Below are positions 33,646-45,600 of a stretch of DNA of 64,000 nucleotides, one piece after another. This DNA comes from Glaucostegus cemiculus (Eukaryota). The stretch is from contig CDPCPM010000073.1 in NCBI GenBank assembly GCA_976551045.1, forward strand, positions 10,664,001 to 10,728,000. The letters run 5' to 3'. How positions within the stretch are numbered: the first letter of the stretch is position 1; every line of letters begins with the position of its first letter. A program made the translations under genes and the position numbers. A model generated the notes under the pieces. The model did no database searches. It was given only the letters and a program-made list of their open reading frames with translations, and was not told where the DNA came from.

Positions 33646-36600
33646 GATATCTTTATTAGTCACATGTACAGTGCATCGAAACACACAGTGAAATGCATCT
33701 TTTGCGTAGAGCATTCTGCAGACAACCCACAAGTGTTGCCACACTTCTGGCACCAATATAGCATGCCCACAACTTTCTAACCCGTACATCTTTGGAATGT
33801 GGGAGGGAACCAGAGCACTTGGAAGAAACACACCGGGAAAAGAGAGCAAGAGAGAGAAAGAGATAAACTGAGTCCACAAACAAGCTGCTGGAGGACCTCA
33901 GCTGGTCAGGGAGCATCTGTGGAGTGAAATGGACAGTCAACGTTTTGGGTTGAGACCCTTCATCTGGACCAGAAGGATCTTGACCCAAAATGTGGACAGT
34001 CCATTTTCTTCCACAGATGCTGTCTGACCCGCTGAGTTCCTCCAGCAGCTTGTTTGTTGCTTCACATTCCAGCGTCTGCAGACTCCTGTGTCGTTGAGAT
34101 AAACTGAGTGTTACTAATAAAAATGTAAACTGACAGAGACAGATGGGATCATAAGGCAGATGAAAGAGAGGGAATCAGATTTCAATGAACTACCCAGGTG
34201 TCGAAGAAACACTGTCACTCTCCCACTGTTCCCAAAACTATGTTATTGATTTCAATAACAAACCTGCTCCAAAACAGTTGGTCTGCATCTTGGTGGCAAA
34301 TGAAAAATCCATACAGTCTATCTGTTTATGATGTGAGGTAAATATAGGTTACATGTTGAACCTGACAATGCAATTACCCTCTTGCTTAGATGCCTGCATT
34401 GCCATCAGCCTCTGCTCATGGCATGAAGTGGAGTAACCATTCTGGGTTTATACTGCAGACAGGGAGGAGACTGGCCTTGCCCAGGGTTCCTGCTCCTGAC
34501 CCCTGCTGGGAAATGAATGTCACTGATAGAGCAAGTTGGGAAGTTGGTGAATGTGTCCCCACAAGGGCAGAAGGTGCCAGGTCAGAAATAGTAATTTGCG
34601 TTGCTCTGCTATGTTTAATTGTATGTAGGGTGCAAAAGGCTGAAGCAGCTTTAAATGTTTTGCAGGTCTTCAAGCTTGACATGTATGACCATGAAGCCAT
34701 GATGTGCAGAGTGAAAGAGGCAAAGGTAAAACTGTTAGAATGCAGTGCTGGGATGTCCCCCCCGCATGTCAAGCCCTCATCCAGTACAATCAGGAGACAA
34801 ACTAAAGTGAGCTATCAGCAAAGGCAGGTAGCTTCTGTCAGTAGTTCTGCCTTTGTTGTTCCAAATGGCTTCAAATTAAAACATTTCACAACTTCTGGTC
34901 CTCTAATCCTGATTCACCCACCAAATTACACTACTGATTTACTTTTTGGCCCCAGCTGCAACAGTTAAACTCAGCTTCTGTGTCGCCTCTTCTAATTTGG
35001 CAAATTCATTCAAGGCCATTGATCTAAACAAGAGGGGGCTAGAGCAGAGAGTAAAACCCAGATGCCAATCAACTGCATCTTTTCTTTCTATTGTTATTGT
35101 TTCTTTTCTGCTTGCAGCCAGATGCATTCTTGTCTCTTGTTCCCTTGATCTGTTCTCACAATGTTCCTGATGTCTATTTTTGATGTGTGTTTCTCAGGCT
35201 CTGCTCCAGGGGTCAGTCCCTGGGATGTGAAGGACAGACTGTGTTAGTGATCTGGAAGATTACAGAGCTAATAGGAAGGAATTTAAGAAAGAGATTAGGA
35301 GAGCCAGAAGGGGACATGAGAAGCCCTTGGCGGGTAGGATTAAGGAATACTCCAAGGCATTCTACAGGTATGTGAAGAGTAAGAGGATGAGATGCGAAAG
35401 GATAGGGCCCATCAAGAGTGGAAGCGGGAAAGTGTGTATGGATTCGGAAGAAATAGTGGAGGTGTTAAATGAATACTTTACTTCGGTATTCACTACGGAG
35501 AAGGAGCTAGGGGATTGTAGTGGGGGCTTGCAGCGGCCAGAAAGGATTGAACGGGTGGAAATTAGAAGGAGGAGGTGCTGAAACTTTTGGAGAGTATTAA
35601 GTTAGATAAGTCGCCAGGGCCGGACAAGATGTATCCCAGGTTGCTGTGGGAGGCGAGGGAGGAGATTGCGGAGCCTCTGACGATGATCTTTGCGTCGTCG
35701 ATGGAGACGGGAGAGGTTCTGGTAGATTGGAGGGTTGCAGATGTTGTGCCGTTATTCAAGAAGGGGAATAGGGATAGCCCGGGGAATTATAGACCGGTGA
35801 GTCTTACCTTGGTGGTGGGTAAGCTGCTGGAGAGGATCCTGAGAGGCAGGATTTATGAACACTTGGAGAAGTATGGCATGATTAGAAATAGTCAGCATGG
35901 TTTTGTCAAGGGCAGGTCCTGTCTGACGAGTCTTATAGAATTTTTTGAAGAAGTGACCAAGAATGTCGACGAAGGGAGATCAGTAGATGTAGTGTATATG
36001 GATTTTAGCAAGGCTTTTGACAAGGTGCCCCATGCGAGGCTTATGGAGAAGGTGAGGAGACACAGGATCCAGGGGGACATTGAGATGTGGATTCAGAATT
36101 GGCTGGCCCACAAAAGGCAAAGCGTGGTTGTGGAAGGGTCATTTTCTGAGTGGAGGTCGGTGACCTCCGGTGTACCTCAGGGATCTGTGCTGGGACCCTT
36201 GCTGTTTGTCATTTTTATGAATGACCTGGATGAGGAAGTGGAGAGGTGGGTTAGTAAGTTTGCTGATGACACGAAGGTTGGGGGAGTTGTGGATAGTTTG
36301 GAGGGCTGTCAGAGGTTACAGAGGGACATAGATAGGATGCAGAGTTGGGCTGAGAAATGGCAGATGCAGTTCAACCCGGATAAATGTGAAATGGTTCATT
36401 TTGGTAGGTCGAATAGGTTGGCAGAATGTAGAATTAATGGTAAGACTCTTGGCAGTGTGGCGGATCAGAAGGATCTTGGGGTCCGAGTCCATAGGACGCT
36501 CAAGGCGGCTGCGCAGGTTGACTCTGTGGTTAGGAAGGCATATGGTGTATTGTCCTTCATCGGTCGCGGGATTGAATTTAGGAGTAGGGAGGTAATGCTT

Positions 36601-39600
36601 CAGTTGTATAGGTCCCTGGTCAGACCCCACCTGGAGTATTGTGTTCAGTTCTGGTCGCCTCACTACAGGAAGGATGTGGAGCTGTCTGGAATGAGGAGCA
36701 TGCCTTATGAGAGCAGGCTGCGGGAACTCGGCCTTTTCTCCTTGGAGAGAAGGAGGATGAGGGGGGACCTGATTGAGCTGTATAAGATGATGAGAGGTAT
36801 GGATAGGGTAGATAGTCGGAGGCTTTTCCCCAGGGCTGAAATGGTGGCCACAAGAGGACATAGGTTTAAGGTGCTGGGGAGAAGATATAGGGGAGATGTT
36901 AGGGGTAAGTTTTTTACTCAGAGAGTGGTGAGTGCGTGGAATGGGCTGCCGGAGATGGTGGTGGAGGCGGATACGTTAGGGTCTTTCAAGAGACTGTTGG
37001 ATAGGTACATGGAGGTAAATAAGATAGAAGGTTATGGGTAAGCCTAATAGTGTGGGGACATGTTTGGCACAGCTTTGTGGGCCGAAGGGTCTGAATTGCG
37101 CTGTAGATATCTATGTTCTATGTTCTACGTCCTGAGGTGCAGTGCCCAAGATGTGCTCCTTGAGTAGGTTCCAGGTCTACTCCCAACATGTGTTCACAGG
37201 ATACCCTCCCAAGCTGCATTCCAGGAATGTGTTTCCAAATTGAGTCCCAAAATTTGACAACCAGCAAATGTCCCTGTGTTCAATTCCTGAGATTTATTCC
37301 TCAGGTGTAATGTCCAGAATTCATTCCCAGGGTGAGGAACAAAGATGCTTTGTTCCTGGGTACCTTTTTTAACAGGAGGTGGCCAGGTTTGTTTTCAGAG
37401 TTCATTCCCTGGATCTGCACCCAAATCCTTTCTCTGTTATAGTGAACACCTGTGTGTGGCCTTATGCTCACCACTTAAAACCTAGAATATAGAACAGTAC
37501 AGCACAGGAACAGGCTCTTCAGCCCACAATGTTGTGCTGAACTAATTAAACTAGTAATTAAATACCTAACTAAACTAATCCCTTCTGGCTACACAATGTC
37601 CATATCCTTCTATTCTATGCACATTCATGTACTTATCTAAGAACCTCCTAAACATCTCTATTGTATTTGCCTCCACGGATAAGCAATATCGAAAAATAAA
37701 ATGACAAGTACAAATGGCATCCCTTAGCCTTGCTAGCCCTTTGATTAAGTTATCACATTAGCTCCAACTCTCCTTTTCTTTCCTCATAGCTCTTGAAATC
37801 ACTTCCTTTCTGGTATTTACGCAATTTTCTTTTGAAAGTAATTATTAGACTGTTTTCAACATCCTGTCAGACTCCAATCACAACTCACTATGTAAATCTG
37901 CTTTTCTCATGCCATTCCCTCTCTCCAAGCATATTCAGTCCGGCTCCTCTGGACACTGACCCACCTGCCAATTTTATGTTAGTTGTTCTATAAAAATCAT
38001 TCATGATTCACCCTCTGTCAAATCTCCCTTAAATCCACTGCTCTGAGGGGAGTGAACCCACCTCACACATTCCTGGTAACTTACCACCTTGCCAAGATAT
38101 GTCCCTATCCTTGTCTGTCTTAAAGTTCATCTATCACTCACTTGCCTATTTCATCAGTCTATGTATCCCTGAAGGCAGTTATCATCCTCATTTCTCTTGA
38201 CTGCATTTCCAGCTTTCATATCATCAGAAAACTGTGAAATTGTGATCATTCTTTTCTTCTCACGCCATCGAGAATGACTTGCTTCTACCATAGTTCTGGG
38301 AGTTCTGAGGTGGCTGACAAGTCTAATGCCACAGGGGGCTGGATGGGTAGTTTGGGACGTCAGTTGTTTGTGAATAGCTCCAAGGGCTCCCACTATAGAG
38401 ACTCAAGGTGCACAGTACCTTTTTAGCTGCTTCTTCTATGGCTGTTTCTACCTCAATGCACTCTGTACTACCTCAGTGTACTGTGTAATGAATTGATCTG
38501 TATGAATGGTATGCAAGACAAGTTTTTCACTGTGCCTCGGTACAAATAACAATAATAAACCAATACCAATACTAATACCAATATTGGAAAAAGTACTTAA
38601 GTAGACTGGACCCTCAGAACAGACAGCATGTGCTGCCAGCTCTGGAAACTCTACCCGAAACATTGACTCCCTTTCCTCCCTTCATTTGCTGCTTTCTGTG
38701 GATGAGCAGCAGTTTCTGGGTTTACCTGTGACTGGATAATTCGGTGGTTTCGTCTCTCTCTGGCTTGTACACTGACTGCTTTATTGCCCTTCGTGCTGGA
38801 GGAGGGAAACGGGAGCTGTGTTGCCCTTTCTCCATGCTTGAGCCGACTGATCCTCAGCTGTTCTGATATTGTGTACTTCTTTGTCTCTCTCACAGGCACC
38901 CTCCCTCACCCTGAAGGTGACTGTCATGGAGGCAAGAAACCTGTTAGCCAAGGATGCCAATGGTGCGTAACCCAGAGCCTAGGAATTGCCTTCTGTGTCT
39001 TCCATTGTTCTTCATTAATCCCTAGGCAGATCTGCCGGGCTTCTCTGGGGAGGAAATCTTCGTATTAATCAGTTAATGATCGGGGCTAAAAGCAGACATT
39101 AGCATTTTTTACACAGAAACTAACAATGACTTGACAGGTGAATTGTACAGGTAAGTTGACGAGCACAACCCTCCTCATCATCAAGGATGTTTTCAAGAGG
39201 TGCTGCCTCAAGAAGGCAGCATCCATCATTAAGTACCCTCACCATCTGGGACATGCCTCTTCTCATTACTACCATCAGGGAGGAGGTACACGAGCCTGAG
39301 GGCCCACACTCAACATTTTAGGAACAGCTTCTTTCCCTCCACTAGCAGATTTCTGAATGGTCCATGAAGCCATGAACACTACCTCGCTACTTCTCTTTTG
39401 AACTTCTGTTTTATAACTTAGTGTAGCCACCTTACAAGCTACATTAGAGTAATTTTTATGTCTTGCACGCTACTGCTGCTGCAAAACAACACATTTCAGT
39501 GATAATAAACCTGATTCTGATTCAGAAAATGTAAAGTGTTAACACTGAAGATTCTGCCTCACTCTGTCCCTTCCTGAGTCACAGGCTCTCTGTTACATTC

Positions 39601-42600
39601 CAGTAGTTTACCCAGTAAGATTAATGCCTGTGTTGCAGCACTGCAGGTCAGTGAGCCAGCAAGCTGTTTAACAACATGGAAGTGCCTGAGGTGAGGTCAG
39701 AAGATGGTTGGGGTGGGTGGGTGGGTGGGGGGGGGGGGGCGAAGTTGAGGGGTGGGTGGAGGGAATTGCTGTGTTAAAGTTTCATAGCCTTTACAATGCA
39801 CTAGATCTTCCATTAATTACTGAGTGTGCTCCCAGAGCCTCTGATCACACACAAACCAGGCAGGAGGATGATGCAGACATGAAGCCAATCATCCTGCTCA
39901 TTTCATAGTATTCAGAGCTGCGAGTGCCTGGTGTCTGCGATCGCAGTGATTACTCTGCAACCCCACTCAGTACTCTGTAATCTCACTGGTAGTTCACTGG
40001 TTCAGGTGATTATTCCCAGTGATGTTTTACACTACAGACACACAGCCCTGCCTCACACCTCCTGCACCATTTATAGAATTAATGCAGCCCTCTCTGGTCT
40101 CCCTTCCCCCACCTCCCACCCCAGCTGTCTCCCCTTCATCTGACCAAACACCAACCAACAGGGTGATGCCTGGAGTGCTCCCTCACCTTCCATTCCCTGA
40201 CGTTATGTATCTCTGCAGGTTTCAGTGATCCCTACTGTATGCTGGGAATCACTCAGGGACACGCCACACAGGAGGTGGAAGAGAAGAAGGGTCGCAAATT
40301 CAGCTTTAGAAGGAAAAGGGAGAAGATGGAAAAGAGGTCGAGCCTCAAGAATGTATTGCCTGCCAAATACATCCAGGTCACGGATGTCAAACCAAACACG
40401 TTGAATCCTGTGTGGAATGAGAGCTACGTATTGTGAGTATCTTTATGGCTGAGCTACCAAACCTCAGGGAATGCTTTGGGGACGATCACACTGTCTACAC
40501 TTTGATCATCATTCTCACAGCATGGATTAACATTTTCTATAGGGGTCAGTGTGGCTCAGTTAGTAGATCTCTCACTCCTGAATCAGTGAGTTCTGGGTTT
40601 TACTCTGGAGATCTGAGAGCATGATACAGGCTGGCACTCCTGCACAGTATATAAGGGTGTCTGCACTGTTGGAGGGGTCAGACAGGGGATGTTGCACTGT
40701 GGGAGGGTCTGTGCTAAGGGAGTGCTGCACTGTCAGAGGGGCGGTACTGAGGGAGTGCTGCACCGTCAGAGGGCAGTACTGAGGGAGTGCTGCACTGTCA
40801 GAGGGGCAGTACTGAGGGAGTGCTGCACTGCCAGAGGGGTGGTACTGAGGGAGTGCTGCACTGTCAGAGGGGCAGTACTGAGGGAGTGCTGCACTGCCAG
40901 AGGGGTAGTACTGAGGCAGTGCTGCACCATCAGAGAGGCAGTACTGAGGGAGTTCTCCAGTGTGGGAGGAGTAGTGCAGAGAGCTATGTGAAGAAATACA
41001 GGGATAGAGAGGGACTAAGGAGGGATCTGAAAACAAAGATGAGAATTTGCTTGACCCAGAACCAACGCAACAAATACATGGCATTGGGTGAATAGGGCTT
41101 GGTGGGAGCTCAGACATTGGGTGAATAGGGCTTGGTGGGAGCTCAGACATGCTCAGCAGATTTTTGGATGAGAAGCTTACAGATGAAAGAATAAATGAGC
41201 CCAGCCAGGAATGTGTTGGAATAATCAGGCCTAGAGGTAACAGAGGAACGGATCAGCTGAGGACTGGAGTTGAGTGAGATTACAGAGATGGAAGTAGGTG
41301 GAACTTCTGCCGATTCAGTGCTGGATGGTGGGGAATTTAAGCACTGCTGTGGGGACAGGGGTTGTAGAGAGGTGGTGGTACAACAGAGCTGGGAGTCATT
41401 GATGACGTTGGAGCATGTAGGTGAGAGATAGGTGTGAGCAAAGGAAGGGTTCTAGTGAAAGACCAGAGAATCCGATCCACTGGATTGTTGTATTGCTGCC
41501 ATCACGGACACCATTAGTCTGCTGCTGCAACCCTCACCCACCTCCCCAGAGTTTGTCACAGCGGCTCTCGGCTGAGGTCAGCAGACTGTCCCAAAGGTGA
41601 ACCCTGTGCCACGTCAGTGTGCATTACTGGTCCTTGCACGGGCTGCTGATAGCAGCAACATCACCAACCCCCCACCCCTCAAACACACAGCAAACTGGCG
41701 TTTCCAGTACATGACAGCTTTACTCACAGTAAAGTATTGCACCACAAGTGAAGAGAAGGAAAAATCTGAGGTCTCAGCAATGTAACTTCATGTTTTAGAT
41801 GTCTTCCTGGTCTTATGACAAGTCCACATATTCAATGATGTGAGCATAACTTAATCAAGGCTAAAATTCCACTATTAGTGGATCTAGATCGCTTTACTTC
41901 TGATGGACGAACAACCCTTTTTACAGCTATTTTGTCGGGCTCCTTCTCTTGACCAGCTGTAGAAGCTCCCTTCCGTGCTGCCTTGTGTCAGACAGCCCAG
42001 GATGATCCAATATTCCAGAGCTTGACATGATTTTCAGCTTGTGTGCCACCAGCAGGAAGTTCATGTATTTCCTTATGACATTGAAGGAGACATTTTGGCC
42101 CATTGAGTCTATGCCGGGTCTCAGGGCAATCCCATCAATCCCATTTCCACACATTTCCCAGTAACCTATTCCTTCTCATGTGCCCATCAACACCACCTGA
42201 TTTCTTCATTCACCCACCTATGCCGGGGAAATTTGCTATAATTAATTAACCTTTCAACCACACGACTTTGGAATGCGAGGAAACCAGAGTACCTGAGGGA
42301 AACCCACGTGGACACAGAAAGAACATGCAAATTCCACACAGGCAGCACCTGAGATTTTGTTTATTTCAAAAATAAAGTTTATTCATAATAAAAAATAAAT
42401 ACAAAGGAAGAACACAGTGCAAAATACAAAAATCTTAACATTCATGGTTGTTACATTCAGTAGTGTTAACTTTAAAGTGAAACAGAAACACACAAATAAA
42501 CATAGCACCAGTGCCACGTATGTGGCTCCCTGAGGTGATATCCCTTTCGTTGTTCAAGGAGTTTCCCCACCCAAATCTGCCCCTCCATGTGTGGTAGGGG

Positions 42601-45600
42601 AAGAAGCCCAGACTGTGGTCCTTCCCCATAGAACTTTAGCATTGGCTGCACCGAGCTTCAGTGTGTCTCTCAGCACGTACTCCTGCAGCCTGGACTGTGC
42701 CAGTCAGCAGCATTCCCTTACAGACATCTCGCTGTGCTGGAAGATCAACAAGTTTTGGAAGACCAAAGGGCATCCTTCACCGAGTTGATGACCTTCCAGC
42801 AGCACTTGATGTCTGTCTCAGTGTGTGTCCTCAGGAACAGCCCGTAGATCAGAGAGTCCTCCGTCATGCAGCTGCTGGGGATGAACCAGGACGTGGACCT
42901 GTGCATCCTTCTCCACACCCTCTTAGCAAATCCACACTCTGCAGAGGTGGGTGACCGTTTCTTCTCCACCACAGCCATCCCGAGGGCAGTGTACATGGTG
43001 ATATGTCGTCTGTAGAGGAAATCTCTGACTGGGAGGGCACCTCTCACCACCAGCCAAGCAAGGTCTTTATGCTTGTTGGTCAGATCTGGCGATGAGGTGT
43101 TCTGCCATATGGTTTGGACCATTTGCGTTGGGAACAAACCCACGGAATCCATAGTATCCCTGTCCCGCAGTGTCTGCAGTACATTCTGCACTGACCACTG
43201 CCTGATGGACTTGTGGTCAAAGGTGTTTATTTGGAAGAACTCTTCCACAAAAGACAGGTAGTGTGGCATTGTCCAGCTGACTGGGGCACTGCATGGTAAA
43301 GGGGCCAGAACTATCTTCTGCAACACAGGGACAGGTAGAACCTCACTTGGGGTCCACAGCAACTGATACAGCCACACACAAAGATGGTCATCAGGATGAG
43401 GGCAACGTTGGGTACACTTTTGCCCGCATTCTCAGGGGAATTGTGCAGCGTGACCCATTGGACTCGCTCCATCTTGGACTCCCAGATAAACTGGAAGACG
43501 TCCTGGATGATTGCTGAGGCAGAGGAGTGAGGAATAGGCCACAAATGTGCTAAGTACAGCAGCCAACCAAGCAAGGTCTTTGTGCTTGTTGGTTAGATCT
43601 GTCGATGAGGTGTTCTGCCATATGGTTTGAACTGTTTGCACAGGGAACAAACCCACGGAATCCATAGTGTCCCCGTCCCAGTGTCTGAAGTACACTCCGC
43701 ACTGACCACTGTCCGATGGGCTTGGTGTTTATTTGGAAGAACTCATCCACAAAGGAGTGAGGAACGGACCACAACTGCACTAAGTACAGCAGCCTGAGAG
43801 CACATCGCACCTGATGACCAAGTTCTCCCCAGTGACTGACAAAGGCGGCCATTTCCACAGACCTAATTTTTGCTTTACCTCCCCAATCCACTCCAGCCAA
43901 TTCTTGTGACATCCCCAGCACCTTCAGGTAGTCAGACCTGACGGTGAAGGGGACATTGGATCAGTCAGGCCACTTATTGAAGAGCATGCCCACGCTCTTT
44001 CTGCAGTTGACTCTAGCCTCCGATGCCAACTCGAACAGGTCGCAGATGCTGATCAATCTGTGAACTGACCATGGATCTGAGCAGAAGATCAAACCTGAGC
44101 ACCAGCCCTACCAGCTGTGCCACCGTGCTGCCCAAGTCTTGCCCACTGGCTTTGCAGGTATGTCAAGCCCTCCCAAACAGTATTTCCATAGGAAGTAAGG
44201 AATCGCTTAGCCTTGCTGCCATACATGGGGCTCTGAGTAGACAACACTCTGGCTGAGTGAGACCCCCAGTCTTAATGGGCCCGAAAGCAAATAGATTTCA
44301 AAAATACTTCATTGACTGTGAAATACTAAGAGACAGCATGGGATCTTAAAAAGTACTGTGGAAAAGCAAAGCTCCCTGTCTTTGTTTATTGAGCATTGAT
44401 TTCTTGTTTATTCCAGTGAAGTGGATGACATCCACAGTGACCAGCTCCACCTTGACATTTGGTGAGTGCTTTTTTTTCACTTATGTCTTCTTTATATTCT
44501 ATTTCTATTCTCTGTCTTTCTTTTTCTCTCTCTCTAATCCTTTCTTTACACCGTGATTTCCTTCTCCCTCACTCTCTTGCTCCATCTGTCTCTGACTCTC
44601 TTCTCTCTGCCTCTCTTTTCATCTGCTATACCTCTTTTTCTCACCTTCTCTTTCTTTCATTATATCTGTCTTTCTTTCTCGGTTTCTCACTTTCATTTCT
44701 TTCTGTATATCATCTCTCTCACTCTCCCTTACATTTTATTTCTTTCTATTAGTTTTCTCTTCCTCTGCTTCTCTCTCCCTATTTCTTTCTATCTCTAACT
44801 CCATAACACTTCCTCCTTTGCTCCCTTTGTCTCACTGCCTCTCTCTTTTATTCCTCATTCTTTTTTTCTCTTTCTATCTCAACTGGTTTCTCTCACTCTC
44901 TCTCTCTTTCTGAAATGAGTAAAGGCAAGATCAGAGGAATTCTCCTTCCCCTAACTACTCCGCCCAGAGCCGAGATCTGGTCCCACAGGGTTCTGCCTGG
45001 GTTCTGAGAGCGTAACAATGGTCACTATTCTAGGCAGTAATATCTGTCACTCCCTTAATGCTGGGGTCAAAACTAAAGTAGCACCACACCATAAAGTGGG
45101 CAAGAACATCTGTGCCAAGTCTCCCTAAGAGAAAGCTGCCTGTCATCATGCTGTATGCACACTGTTGTTGAGAGTGATCGTCTCAGTAATTCCTTCTCCA
45201 TTGGCAGAAAGGCAGGAGAGTTAAAGAAAGGGAACAGAGTATGGTAAGGTCAGGACCTGACCATCCCCAACCTCCTCCCTCTACTATCTCTCCCAGATGA
45301 CCAAAAGTAAAAATATTTGACATTGACCATGATCTGCTCAAACAGAATTCTCACCAGTGACCCTGGTGAATAGGAAGCAAGTAGGAATAGAAATAGGAGC
45401 CCCGACACTCCCTCAGCACAGCTCAGAGCCATCACTGGAACACAAGAGCATGAGACTGGGAGGAGCCCATTTACCTTCTCGAGCCTGTTCCATCATTCAT
45501 TAAGGATGCAGCTGATATGTGATCTAGCTCCATATACCCCTCTTTTCTCCAATTCCCTCGATACCTTTAGTTTGCAAAATAATCCATCAATCTCAGATTT

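Noticed and set aside
35575-37041. Domesticated or host reverse-transcriptase gene
   Set aside because: It is 5'-truncated, has a non-ATG start after a frameshift and a CR1 3' tail: an ordinary retrocopy.
40572-41150. 192-aa and overlapping ORFs with 11-aa periodicity
   Set aside because: They arise from 33-bp tandem repeats; there is no splice or homology support.
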